Positions 24,781-38,900 of a DNA stretch of 64,000 nt are shown here, piece after piece. This DNA is from Rhynchobatus australiae (Eukaryota). Position numbers and translations under genes: made by a program. Location: assembly GCA_034780895.1 (NCBI GenBank), contig JAUZTB010000068.1, forward strand, positions 22,759,077-22,823,076, given 5' to 3'. The notes under the pieces are model-generated. The model saw only the letters and a list, made by a program, of their open reading frames with translations. It ran no database searches and was not told the origin of the DNA. The first letter of the stretch is position 1, and every line of letters begins with the position of its first letter.

Positions 24781-25724
24781 AATGACCACTCTTCTAGCTA
24801 TGTCAGAATAACTAATCAATAGATAGTTGTTTCATCCCTTATGAACATTATTTGTAGTATCACTTCTCATCCCAAATTCACCACAGTCCAGAGATTAAAT
24901 CTCAGCCTTTCCTTGGAGATATAGTTAACTATTTATCCACAGGTCAAACAGAACATTCAGTTATGACTGGGCTTTTGCTGTAAATTCTACAGAGACACTT
25001 CTGAAATGTGTTGTAGGAATTAAGAGAATTTATGAGGTGTGAATACCATAAAACACTGAAGGGGGAATTGAAGAGAATGATTCAAAGAGAATGTTGCTCA
25101 GATAACCCTCCTTGAATTTTGTACCCTGAAAATCAGGGTGAAATCACCAGCATTATTTCAAAGTTCATAGTCTGCAGTATGCCGGTGGAAAGACATGGAA
25201 GCAAATATCACAACACCTCTCCTGTTTGTTTCATTCACCTACACAATGTCTAATGGATCTCACTTTTAATTTTTAGTTGGTCTCAAATAAATCATATTTA
25301 AAAACTTCCTGAATTGGTTTGCCGCAAATTTATTGCTGACTGTTTCTCAGTTTAACAGAGCCATACATCACTGAAGGAACAGCAAATCACTTTCCCAAGC
25401 CAGTGTGAGAAAATGTAACAGCTCTTAGCCTGTGAACCACAAGCTTTGGGCATAAGATCTACCTCAGTAACAGAGCCCAGATGCAGATTTGTACAAAAAA
25501 AATGCAGGAGACATAATACCTCCTTTCGGCATGTGAGAGAAAAAGTTATTCATTCATAAACTCTTAGGAGAAGCTCTAAAACATTTATACAGTAACTAAC
25601 AAGAAATATTCCATTGTGTCTTTAAGTACATCACAAAATTTTAAATGAGGAATTCTGCCACTGCTGTGCACATATAAAGCCGCTTTGAAGAATATTTGGA
25701 ATGAAAGGTTGCTTTCTAACAGAC

Positions 25725-26090
25725 ATATAATTTTTATAGCTATTACATTGTAAAACATCCCAAGGCACTTCACAGCAACATTATCAGTCAAAATTTGAAA
25801 CAGGCACACCAGGATATATTGACCAAATGCTTTGTCAAAGCAAAATGTTTTAAAGAAAGAGAGAGATATAAGGAGGTGGAAAGGTTTAAGGAAGGAATTA
25901 CAGACCTCAGGGCATGGGCATGTCCACCAGCGGTGGAGCAACAGAGGCCAGATTTGGAAGAGCATTGAGATCTTGGGCAATGTTGAACCAGAAGAGGCTC
26001 AGAGATAGGAAGGGACAATGAGGGGATTTGAACACACATCAGTGAGAATTTTAAAGTCAAGCCTTTCTCGGATATGTAGTTCAGCAAATA
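25725..26090 (-). mobile_element. L2-type LINE/SINE 3' end, degenerate
   Basis: The reverse complement reads CTGTGAAGTGCCTTGGGATGTTTTACAATGTAATAGCTATAAAA, an L2/Deu-SINE-type tail. Confidence 0.55.
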
Positions 26091-29000
26091 CAGAAGAGAT
26101 AGATGAATGCCATTTTGTGCATGACCGCAGTCAAGCCATTGAGAATAACCCAGTGTAACTGCTTAAGAAATAGAAAATCAAAGAGCAAAGCACTTTCATG
26201 GGTCATTTAAGGAAAAAGTAAATACTTTTGTATGTTTGTCATTGATGCTATTGGCAAAATTGGATCAAAGTTTGAAACGTGCACTGAATTTGCCAGTTTA
26301 TTAAGGAATATAGACCAAGGAATTACTGTTGTAAAGTTAGTACATGGATACTTACACTTTTTACCCATCCATTTTACATTCCTGTGTCTGCTTTTTCAAA
26401 GGAGACATTAACCGTCTTACCTTTCCTATGCATTAACACTTCTGTTAAAATGTGGACAGAGGGCTTAATAAGAATGGATTAGGTGCTTCTATAACTGCAC
26501 TGAAAATGGTAACTTGTCAGATCTGGAGTAGTCCATAGTATTATCCATAAATGCAATATTCAGTGATTCAGAAAACTTTTCTAGATAGGTATAACACAAG
26601 CATTAGGATGACACAAGGAGGCCTTTCAACTTAACATGCCTGTCTCAGTATGATCTCTTCAACCAAACCATTACTTCAGTCTCATTTCTCTGCTCTTTCA
26701 CTATTCTTCCCTTTTAAATATTCTAACACTGTGGACCATAAACAAGAATTAACACTGAGTATGTACGAGTCCAAATGTGCAACTATTTTTATCAATGAAA
26801 AAGATTTTTCACTCCATCATATCCTAGATTTCCAGCTTCCTTTAAATGCAGAACACATGCTATTAACTTCAACGTGTCCACACTTGTACATATGTGCTCA
26901 CTTAATTGAACCATTCACAAAGAAGACCATATATTATGGGAACAAGTTCACGTTGACTGAGCCGTTTTGGTATAAAGTGCTAACTTGATTTAAGTATATG
27001 ATATAGTTATGCATTTGTATGTTATAATTTATACTTCGAACAGTATATGGTGATTTGCTTAATTATGCATGCTTTATTAAAATAAACTATGCCTTATCTC
27101 ACTTGGGCTTTTAACTAAAAGGCTTTTAACATCATCAGATTAATTGTGTTGAAAGCATTGCAAATGAATGTAACACTGTCACCCATAATGTGAAAATCAT
27201 TATATTAAAATAATGTGTTTGCATTTCCTCTAGACGTGTAACATTTAACATATAGAACCTCTTGGAATTATTTTTATTTAGACATGGTTCCCAGTAAATA
27301 GGTTGGTTGTATCTTCACAGTAGAATTATCATGCACTTAGTTGGCAGGACAAAGATAATCCACACAACAGTTTGATGCTGAATACACAGTGGAATCACAC
27401 AGATACCTACATGAACCACAGTCAAACTTCATTAAAACAAGTGAAAAGAAACCTGTAAATCATAAGCAGTGAAAATGGGAATGCAAAAAGATATAGTAAA
27501 TGTCTGAGGTACAGAGAGGTGAACAGATCAGATGGGGAATGTTATTAGAGCTGAGAATGAACAGTGAGAGCCCTTTTGCAGGACTCAGCAAAACAAAAAG
27601 GGCAGGGTAAAGCCACAGGTGGAAATCAAGAATGCTTTGGACTTCATGGGTATATTCAGCTAATGTTTATGTTCCATATGTTTCTCCTCCCAACTTGTTT
27701 CTGATTCCATCAGTATATCAACTGTTAGATTAAACAGATATACAGGTTCTACTGCAAGTTGTGCCCTTCAGCCTAAACTACTTAACCAACCAAACTGCTG
27801 AGATCAGTGCTACAAGTTAACAGGGCACTGGGGACCTGAGGAAACAAGGAAAACAATAGGAGAGTGATATAAAGGGCCAGAAATACACTATGAAAGTATT
27901 GGGGAGCTTGAATTAAGCAATATTGTTACATTAGATACAGAAAGAGAAATAACAAAAGGGTGGAATGGGATGATAACTGAAGAAGAAAATATGAACATTT
28001 AAAGGCTTAAAATTTGAAGAAATGTGACAGTGTTCTTATAATGGTTAATATTTGGTGCCAGGACAGTTGATTGACAACCATTAACATTTAGCATATCATT
28101 AAAAGTGCATTTGCATCTTTAATCACTTATTCCCAAAATTTGCAGTCTTGGTCTGAATTTACTGCCCAAATTCAGCAACTTCTCGATAAACAATGTATTT
28201 TAATGCCATAACAGGTGCCAAAATGCCACCAGTCTAAAGCTGACTGTGCTGCTTCACAACTCATACTGCAACCTTCAGATATTTGTGTTTGCCTACAAAT
28301 CAACCCAATCCCCCAACACCACACCAGTGCTCACTCTGTACCAGGTGAACGAGGAGAGCAGAAGCATCTTTAACTTCCTTGATATTTTAATGCAAAAATC
28401 TGGCCCTTTGACTCTCTGCTGTAAGAAATAGTTGCACATTTTAGTACTTCAGTTATTCCTTCAGACGCTGTGTGCTGTGCTATGTATTTACAGCACAGTT
28501 TATTATTTTATTATTTATGGTTATTTATTATTTAACAGAACAAACTTTGTCCTCACTCCTGTTCTACTCATTCTCTTACTGAGAGAAACTCACTGGATTT
28601 GACCCTATTATCAAGGAAAACATCAAGTGCACTACAACAGTAAGGAAAATAATTTCCAAACAGCATGGAACTTTGCCATGTCTAGCAAAGTCATCGAAAA
28701 AGTAAATATTTATGAAATTAGAATTCATACTTATTAGGCCAGTTCGTACTGGTCTGGTCACCTCAGCTGGAATCACTGCCTGTGGTACCCCCTCATCTGT
28801 ACCTGCCCTCTCCAGATGTGAAGGGACCATCTCACTGACCCTCATAATCGGGAATCCAGCAGTGTGGTCTTAGTTGGGGCAAAGTCATAGGGTAAGGAAG
28901 CCCCACCCCTGAAGTGCACCTGACAGCCTCTGACAGCTGGCAAAGCTGGGAGTGGGGCTTTAATGTCTATAAAACGTAATTAATTTTAATAGTTCTAACA

Positions 29001-32000
29001 TTCTAACATTCAGAGACATGAACAAAATTCTAATTGATGTAGGTAATCATAAAAGATCAAAAATGCTTACATTTGTTAAAAATATAAAAATAATCTATCA
29101 ATAATTAAAACATAAAACTGTCTAAAAAATAAAGTGCACTGAAATAATTAAAAACAAACTGTGCCTCCAAATCTGCAGGCTGAGAATCCCTATTAAAATC
29201 AATTGACTGCTACCCCTGGTCAAACTGGCTCAGGATCGGAGAGATGAAATGCTGGGGCAAGACTGCATCATCAGAATCTGACAAGGCCACAGTCTTCCAC
29301 ATTTGACAGTAGATGGGCAGAGGTGTGGGACTTACAAAAGTTTCAGTGGTTGCGTGCTTATGGTTCTGATCAGCCAACAGAATCAGGTCAATGGTCTCAC
29401 AAAGATTTCAATAGCTAGAATTTTATTGAGAACAAATCTAAAAATGAATTAGGTGAATAATAGGAATGAAAAGGCTCTGATGAATGACAAAAGTTCTAAC
29501 TGAAGAATCTAAAGGAACGTTTTCCTAAAGAACCACTTGGTAAATCATATGCCAAGTGATTCTTCCAGAATTCCCAATCAGAGCTGTTAGCTGCTGAGAC
29601 CAAGTAGTGGGTGGAATATAAGAAGGAGTAGCAAGTGCTCCAGATTGTATTCTTATCCAATGGCACAAAATGGGAAGTATATATGACAAAGCATCATGTA
29701 AGAACAGAAACGGGCCTGGCTGTGCATAATAGTCTCACCATACTTGATTTTCAGGATCATGAATAATGAATGGTACTCATGAGGGAAATTACTTATGGAC
29801 CATATGCCAATAAGAGGCAAAACATCTATTAGACAGGAAAAGGTAGGTAGGCAACAACATCGTTAGTAGTACCAGGCACCCGAAGGAATCTATCCCATGT
29901 TATTCTGATAATCCCTATAAATTTTTAGCAATGAACATCTGAATTTAATGTGGAAAGGCAATAAATATCACACAGTATAATAGCAAAGGTGATCATGAGT
30001 GAATGTATGCATCATTTAAGTGGAATGGAAAACAAAAATCGTTATGATATTTGAATAGACATAAAAAGTTTAATAATAGCAGAAGGCAATAGTTTTAGCA
30101 AGAATTAGAATGCTGGTATGTATAGCTGTGTAGAACAAAATATGCACAAGTGAAACATGGTCAGTGTAGGTCCTGAGAAGAGTTATTAAGTGGGGAAAAG
30201 CATAATCCTTAACTCCAGTACCCAAAACCAGAAGATGTAATAAGGTTCATCAATAAATTATGTAACACACAGGCACAAATTTTGGAATGATTAAATAATA
30301 TTTGTCACTTATAATTCCACAGCTGCCCACAGATTTACATGGGTTCTTTTGTGAACACTTGCTTGAAATCTTTCACAATGCCGAGTTCTACTCATGGTGT
30401 TTGCCACCTGTACAATTGGGACTATCAACAGTGAGTCTCATCAACTAATCAAATCTATGAATGCCCCTTGAGGGTCACAGGGCTTCTCTGTTTCTAAATA
30501 TAAAAAATATAATTGGATGTACTTTGTACTTAGATTCCAAAATTCAGTTCTATTGTCCTGAGTGGAACAGACTTTCAGAAGCAGAATGTAATATGGAGTA
30601 CATCATGCTTCCAAATGTCTTGTGCATTTAGTGCATGAGATGGAGAACAAGTTTGTACCATCCAGAGTCTAACCTGGAAGTGTAAAGCAGAATATTTGAA
30701 TCAGTATAAAATCAGGTACAGAAATAAAAATAACAAGATGGTAAGGAAGCTGAAAAAGGTGAAGTAAAATAAAGTTACTTAATGTGNNNNNNNNNNNNNN
30801 NNNNNNNNNNNNNNNNNNNNNNNNNNNNNNNNNNNNNNNNNNNNNNNNNNNNNNNNNNNNNNNNNNNNNNNNNNNNNNNNNNNNNNTAAAGTTACTTAAT
30901 GTGTATGTTTTAAATCTCCAATAATAATTACATTCTGAAGGATTGTACCTCCATGCTTATAAATCAAACTTACAGTACCACTGAGATTATTTGGCAGTAA
31001 TTAACAAACCATTAAAAAATTACTTATATCTGAATGCACCAGTGCTAAATTGTTCTGACATGTTTAGTGGGTAACTATTGAGTAAGTGCCACAACTTCAT
31101 GCCAGGCATGTACTTGAATGCCAGACCTCTCATTGAGGTTTGAGCGTCGTGAAGGGCAAAGCAGACAGCAACTTCCAGATTTCCACGTTTGACTGCACAC
31201 AAGCAGACTCTCCAAGTTGCTCTTTGATTTACCACGTAACAGTGAGTGCTAATAGGCTCACCATTATTCCCACTGCAAAATCCGTGCCATTACCTACAGA
31301 CTCCAGTTTGTGAAACATATCTGACTCATTTTTATTCACTTCCTTTTGTAGCAATAACTGGAAAGAAAAACCGTTTAAAAATATTGGGCCCTGGTATAAT
31401 TAGCTTCCTCGATAATGATAAGAAAAATATCAGTACTTAATCTTGGATGAAGTAGACCCTTCTAGCTCATTAAATAAATCCAGTGCTATGGATATCCAGC
31501 CCCTCTGGCAACCCATTCAGCTGTTTGATCACCTCAGGCATCAATTCCAGCCTCGTTCTTCAAAGTCCAGAAACTGTTCACTCTTTGTTGTATATTGTGG
31601 GTTCAACCAATATATACTACACTCTCATCCTGCTGCTTTGGAGCATCTGAAAAAATATTTCATTTTTATTTTTTATTCAAAACTAAAATATTTACTTTAT
31701 CCACCNNNNNNNNNNNNNNNNNNNNNNNNNNNNNNNNNNTGTTTCTCGCCAAAGGTAAAACATACTTAACCTATTGTTGCTCTCAGTTAATCCTACTAAC
31801 TTTATCATTTTGACAGCTAATAAAGATTGGAGTTATTCAAATTTTTTAAAGCCCTACAAGGTTTATATATTCCAATAATAGATCTGATGGGGCTGTATTT
31901 TTATTAATATAAACCCATCAGATCTGTTAATTGCCAATATTGTTTAATTTACAATCATCTAAAAATATATGACTAAAAGGATCCTTCCTCACCATGCTAT

Positions 32001-34744
32001 TAGCAATGATTCTGGGAAAATGGGTTAAATTAATTTGGTTGGATATGATTAGACAATGCAGTGCTGCTCACAAAGGCTCCACTCTAAGAGAAACCTCTCT
32101 AAAAATGGCCTCTAACAGTTAGGTGCACTTTAAGTTTCTTTCATCCCTCCCCTTCCCTATAGCCATTATCATTATGTGTTCATCGCTCTTTCTCCCAGTG
32201 CTAATACTGGGCTTTAATTCAGCCTTCAGAGCGAGAAAAGTAGAATCCAGAATGACTGAACCTCCCACTGTGCGCTGAGAAAATGCCAATCAAGATCCCG
32301 CCATCCAAAACTGAGTGATTATAGATGTGCTCATTGAGAGGAAAGAGAGACAGTCAGGAGAGTGGGAACTTGGGGCCAGGATGAAATATTGCGCTATTGA
32401 TCATTTCATTGGTATTTGTCCCACAGCAGCACCTGTGGAAATAGCTTGCAGTAAAGAGTACGAACAGATCAAGGTGCAAGTCACACTTGTGCAATTTACA
32501 GTGCCTGCGCTAAAATTCTTATCAGGTGCAGTGTGAAGACATGGGATATATTAGGAAAGACATATTGTATATAAAGAGGATATATTTTGGAGCATATTTA
32601 GAATAAAATATAAAGCATCTTTACTTAAATTAAGCTAATGGCCAAATTTTAATGTCATATCAAAATTATCTAAAAATAGTTTGAGAACCTATCAATTCAA
32701 TCAGTTTAGTCCCTTCCAAAAGAAAACAATGAAATATCTTTTGTGGAAACATTTTGCTCCTATTCAACAAAACACAAATGTAAACAATAGAGCAAAATAA
32801 AAAGTGATGCCAAATGGTATCTCTGGGGCTTCATCCTCTGACCGACATCTTAAAGAGCCATGGAAATAACTGAAGTGCTGTGCAAAGCTCTCAATGGGTT
32901 TTCCTTCACATAAGTTCTGTAGATCCAGCCAACAACAACATAAGAAATTAGTCCCATATTTGTGGGGTTGCTCTATGTAGTGTACATTTTCCATAAATAT
33001 AAAACTTTAAAAACATTCTTTATCAATAGCTTGTTCATTCAGTGGATTATAGACCTTGATCTTAATATTAACTACAAAAAGTCATATTAGTATTATAATA
33101 ATAATTACATTGGGGTAAAAATTTTGAACATGTGTTAATCTTAGAAGTGGTGGGGAAGCAAAATTCATTATGCACAGCAAACAATGGTCATTTGTGCCAC
33201 AATCTTATTTTGAAGCTTCTATTTAACAATTTGTTAGTGTGGCTACAAAGGACTCCTTGCTCAGCTGCCCTTTCTTTCTGCCTGTGTTTCTTGTTGTCTG
33301 TTTTAGTCTCAAGAAACATATAAGCAAGGAATTGGCTTGGAAACTCTTCCGAAAGTGGAAATGGAAAATATAATTATGTTACTAACTTGATGCAGCTAAA
33401 ACTTAAATAAAGCATATACAATCTTTGTAAAACAAATTCCGTTGGTTTGGCATCAAAGTGCTGATCTGAACCAAAGATGAAAGAAATAGAAAATTACATA
33501 AAAATCTGCAGAGAGAATTGAAGGGAAGGTTTGTTCTGGTTGTTGGGAAATCATAAACATGTTAATTTTCAGTGCACTTGCATTGCCACCATACCAGTCC
33601 AGAATAATTCCTCTCAGTGGGCGGCAGACAGATGCCCGGCTGTGGATGACTTAAATCTTGCCTGTTTCTAATCTAACACTTTAGTCCTGCACTCTTTCTC
33701 AAAAAATACAAAGGTTTTTGGAAGAAATTCATCTAAATTAGATCCATCAAAAGAATCAGCAAGTTGATTTTAAAAAAATGATGATGGGCACCTTCAGGGA
33801 CCATTTCAAAAAGTCTTTTTATAATCTCATACCTGAAAATAAAAATCCTACAGGGTTAGAAATGACTTTTTTTCAAACTTTAACAATTTTTCTTGCTCTT
33901 TGAAAGTACTCCAGTCTGCATGACCTCCACATTTGTTAAATCTGCCCCATTCTAGGCAGTCTAAATGTTGAGATGAGGTTAACTTGGAAACAATTTCATG
34001 ATGATGATACAAACTTCCCAGGCCATGCATTCTGAATTGCAAACAACTAGGTCTTAACGTTAGGTGAAAGTATTCTAATAATAACTATGGTCCCTCCAAA
34101 AAGATAGTACCTTTCATCAATTATATCTTTGTTTTTTTTACCCTATAGCTCCAAGAATAAAGAAAAGACTTACTTATTTTAAATTCTTGTTAATTTTGTA
34201 AATTAATCACCTGATACAAGTTTACAATATTTTTAACTTAAATATCCTCACCAGAAATGACCATGTTTTATCCATGCTTGTTGATGTAAAAGGTTAAAAG
34301 CAAAGTACTATTTCTGCACAAAAACAGCACTTTGTCCCCTGATTCGGAATAACTTCAAAAGGGAAACAGTCAGCCGAGCAAACATACCTTAGGAACAGCA
34401 TTTCTTACATTGGTGCCAGTAGAAATGACAGACCTGGCCCTGAAATGAAACTTTGAATGTCGGGATGTTTGTCCTTGCCTCAGCTAAGTTTCCTCAGATT
34501 TCAGAGCATACATGACTGGAAGCCTTCAATGGAAGGAGAGGAAAGGGGAAAAAATTATACCCTAGAAATTACACCTTAGTCTCTACGTTATAGCAATCAT
34601 AGTGATGCCTATTCCAGAGCACAAGCTCTCAGGGATGCACTGGGCTATATATTGATGCATGACAAGTTTGGTAAGGAAACAGAGTGACAAGAGGCTAGAA
34701 TTATGATTCTTTTAAATCAAAAGGAATCAATGTTTATGTAAAGA

Positions 34745-35197
34745 TTAACCAGGATGTTGCCAGGACTACGGGGGCCAGAGTTACAAGGAGAGGTTGCATG
34801 GACTGGGACTTTATTCCCTGGAATTTAGGATCTTGAGGGGTATATAAGATCATGAGGGGCATCGACAGGGTGAAAGCACATTGTCTTTTTCCCAGGGAGG
34901 GGGTGCTAAAAAGCAAGAAGGCATAAGTTTAAGATGAGAGGTGAGAGATTTAAAAGGAAGATCAGGGGAAGCTTCTTCATGCAAAGGGTGCTGTGCATTT
35001 GGAATGAGCTGCCAGAAATAGTGGTTGAGGCAGGCACATTAGCAAAATTTAAACGCCATTCCGATAAGTACATGGATATGAGAGGTTTAGAGGGCTATAG
35101 GCCAAAGTCAGGCAGATGCGACTGGCTCACTGGGCTACACAGTTGGCATGGATGAGTTGGGCTGAAGGGCCTGGCTCCATGCTGTATGACTCTATGA
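34745..35197 (+). mobile_element. CR1-clade LINE 3' fragment
   Basis: ORF RGERFKRKIRGSFFMQRVLCIWNELPEIVVEAGTLAKFKRHSDKYM, with tail GGGCTGAAGGGCCTGGCTCCATGCTGTATGACTCTATGA. Confidence 0.88.
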
Positions 35198-35639
35198 AAA
35201 GAATACTCTTTTACTTGAGAGAGAAAACTGAAGGTTTTAAATGGCATTATAAGAATTCATTGTGATAATGCTGAGATTGTTGGTGGAGGAATTCCTTTGT
35301 TGCTGTTTTCACTCTTGAGTGGGTGCAGAATGCAGGAGTAAGTCATGCCTTTGCACTATGCAAATATATCTGGAGCGCCCTTTGTTTACATACTTCCACC
35401 AATGGTGTGCATTCTTAGGTCTTGAAATAAAAACAAGAATATATTTTGTTAGTCATGCTAAAGTGATTACCCTTATGTGAAAAATTGTGATTAAATGCTA
35501 ATTAGTAATAACAAATGATAATGTGATACTCTGTGGAGCCACTGTACACTGTACAAAGAAAATTTGCTGTTTTAAAATACAAGAACAGTTTCCATGTTTT
35601 TCTCAGGCTGATTGTTCTCAACCACATACGGAACACATG

Positions 35640-35960
35640 TGAAAGGGATGGTATTTCTAAGGGCATTTAAAAGTAATGAGCGGGTGTGAAATATAACATT
35701 TGCGAAAGCACCACAGCACATAATACAGACAATTGAATGGCCCATAGCACATTAGGAGCAGTGCGGTGCGTGTGCACTTTCACTGATTCACACGGCCCGC
35801 TTCCTGCAGCCAAAGTGACAGTGACCTCAAATGGCCCCTGTAAAGGCAGAATAGTGAATGGTTGTCAGTACATGAGGCAGCGATTCCATGGCCAGATCCA
35901 GTGACGTCATGTCATCATGAGATAACTTTGTGCCAGTAGGCACGAGACTAAACTGCAGAT
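35640..35960. promoter_or_regulatory. Candidate upstream enhancer with palindromic CRE
   Basis: Non-repetitive and CpG-retaining in a CpG-depleted background. TGACGTCA at 35902-35909, plus TGACAG and ACAATTG motifs. Confidence 0.4.
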
Positions 35961-38900
35961 TAAGGCTCACTTACTGTCCCATTCCTTTACAGAGTCAAGA
36001 ACAGGATTCTCATTTCTGTTCAGGTCAGAATGATAGAGGCACAAGAAGAGTGAAGATGCAGCCGATGACAGTTCTGAAGATACTAACATTACTGCGTGAT
36101 ACTGCAACATCACATTTACTTGCGGGCACCTTACTAAGAAATGAACCATATAATACATTATATACACAATACCATATATACAATTCTTTCATTGTAGAAA
36201 TTAACCATATATACATTATACAACATTGAAAAGATACATGAAATTATGTCTGTACATTATTAATAATAGTTCCCAAAATAGGTTCACAACAACTGTCCAA
36301 ATAGAAATCAAGAATTGTGAAAATATTACTGAACTTACACTGACTAAAACATTTTCCTCATATATCCCATGTGTTCTTCCTGCTTTACAATAAAGGTGTG
36401 TTTGCTTAAAGAATATGTCATAATATATCTTTTAGGATATTTGCACTGTGATTTCCAAAATATTACAGGATAATTTAATGTGAGAGGCAATATTTAATGG
36501 GAAAAGAATAAAGTTTTTTTAATGTTAGTAATTCAAGCACTTTTTAAAAGAAAGATCAAAAGTGATCTTNNNNNNNNNNNNNNNNNNNNNNNNNNNNNNN
36601 NNNNNNNNNNNNNNNNNNNNNNNNNNNNNNNNNNNNNNNNNNNNNNNNNNNNNNNNNNNNNNNNNNNNNCTTTATACAGTTTGACCAGAATGATTACATT
36701 CCATAACATAACTCAATGCAAAGGCTGAGACTTTGATTCTGGCTTTTATTTTCCAGTTACAGAGGCTTTTTTTTTCCCTGAGGTTAGGCTCCCTTCAATG
36801 TGAGCTCTGTGATCCCTTCATCTCCCTCTCCATGGCAACCATCAGCATCCTGGCAAAAACGCACCTCACCCAGACAAGGGCATATTCTTCCCCATCCAGC
36901 ATCTGGACACTTTTAACAAACTTACTGCTTGTCCCTCGACCACAACAGGCCTTGCACTTCCGCCTGCTTCAGTTGAAAGTAAAATATGAGCTTTTGATGT
37001 TTTGCAATTAGAAATATCACAAGTAATGTACTTTCTGTGGTGGTAGAAAACTGAAACAAAAACATATTTCCCAACTGATAAGATAGCCATCGAGCTACTC
37101 AAAATATCAACCATGATTTGTTACATGGTAAAGAAATAAAGAAACTGATACACTTTAATGAAATATTGCAATAAAACAATCAACCAACAAAAATAATGTA
37201 TTTCCTCTTGTACATTACAAATTGCTGAATTGCTGTTAGTGAATTATTTCATACTTTATGCAGAAACATTTAAAATTGTATTGGCCAGTGAAGCAATTTG
37301 AGAGGAGTGAAGAAATTAATTAATCATCTCTAACACCCAGGCCCAACATTACATTTGAAAATATATTGCCAGCGCTAAGTCTGCTCTGCTTGCTTTAAAC
37401 TATATAAATGAACAAAGCTTCCTTTGTTGATTTCTGGTCAGTTCAGTAAGTCTCACAATCAGAAGACCACTTTCATGAAATTAGGTTGATTTGCAAAACA
37501 AATCGCAGTATCACAAGGATTTAGCCAGAGCTAATGGAACTCTTTTCTTGCTCTGTCAGAATAAAAAAAGATTCTGGATGTCAGGGAGTCCTGCAGTGAG
37601 TGATACCTGGATACCAGAGGTTGTAGCCTCAGATATACACGGAGCACCATAGCACATGATGGTGATGCCTGTGATTTGAATTGAGCTGATAATAGTGGCA
37701 GAACAGTCGCTACCATACCATCATCGTTTGGGTGAACCCTGCAGCAAACCCGAAGCAGATCTCCAATCTGGATTGCAGACTTTCCAAGACTTTGGGCTTT
37801 TGAGAAGAAGTATGGAATTAGAAATTATTTCAACCACCTTTTCAACATGAATTAAGGTGTTTAATTTATTCTATAATTTTCAAGCAACGGATGATCAAAT
37901 AATGATCAGAAGTTTGAAATGTTGGTTAAAATTGATTGATACCATGAGCAGAACTAGACACTCATAGCATGAGGTAAATATTATTCCATTAATTTTTAAT
38001 TTAAGTCATCAAAGAAAAAGCTATTTATTTTAATCTGTCCACTTCATCAGCAATAATTTAGAACAGTCTTCTAAATCTTACTTCAACTAAATTAATCAGG
38101 GGGTTTTGTTTTGCAGTGATTCCATGCAGTATGACATAACAGGTCCTTTGGGACAATTAAAGTGAGGCACCTTTAAGACAGGTTCTGAAGGATAGGAACC
38201 AACATGCATGTCCTTCTCAGCCCTTACAAGTCTCAGAAATTCACCAAATGGTGTCAGCTTTTCAGACCTCATTGCTGATTTTCCAATGGCTCAATGAGTT
38301 TGACTGGTAGGGAGATGACTTCCATAGACAGGTAAGACCTTGGTCTGATCCCTGGTCTATGAGGTTAGCTAATCTGTGGGTGATAACAAAGGTTGTCTGT
38401 AAAGAACAGAACTGTACTCAGCTGCATAGAATACAATGGTAAGGAGCCCAGCTACACTCACTGTTACAGTTCACAATTATAATGGTCATTTAACCAAGAT
38501 AACAGAAGGAAATCAATTAAGGGCCACCTGTACTTCAAAGGGAACTTTCATGTTGGGAGAAAACCTCCAGCAAACAACAGCATAATGTGGTGACAGAGGT
38601 GTCATTCCTGGTCTGAGTTTATGACTTTTATAATATGAACCTGACCAACAGTAAGCAAAGCTGAAGCTTTGCATTAATCAATATCAAACAGCATAGTCAG
38701 CAGCTACGCAATTTTTATGATATGTATACTTCTTCATTAAAATCACCTGAGGCTTATTTCTATTATCTTGTTTGCACAAATTGACTGAGTCATCTTAGTT
38801 CACTGCAATTGATTCTATTGCAATTGTAAGGGATTTTCTCTTCCATATCTACCTCTCCTCCTTCTGATTTATTCCTCTCATCTATGGATATACCACAGGA

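Noticed and set aside
28700-29400. GC-richer flanks around an A-rich core (similar layout at about 59930-60620), possibly a decayed non-autonomous DNA transposon
   Set aside because: No terminal inverted repeats or target duplication could be identified.
30770-30903. 17-bp direct repeat TAAAGTTACTTAATGTG flanking an N run, resembling a target-site duplication
   Set aside because: The gap is exactly 100 N. The same pattern occurs at 45971-46070 (TAGTACAT) and 55884-55983 (GAAACAGG). These are most likely overlapping contig ends at placeholder gaps, an assembly artefact.
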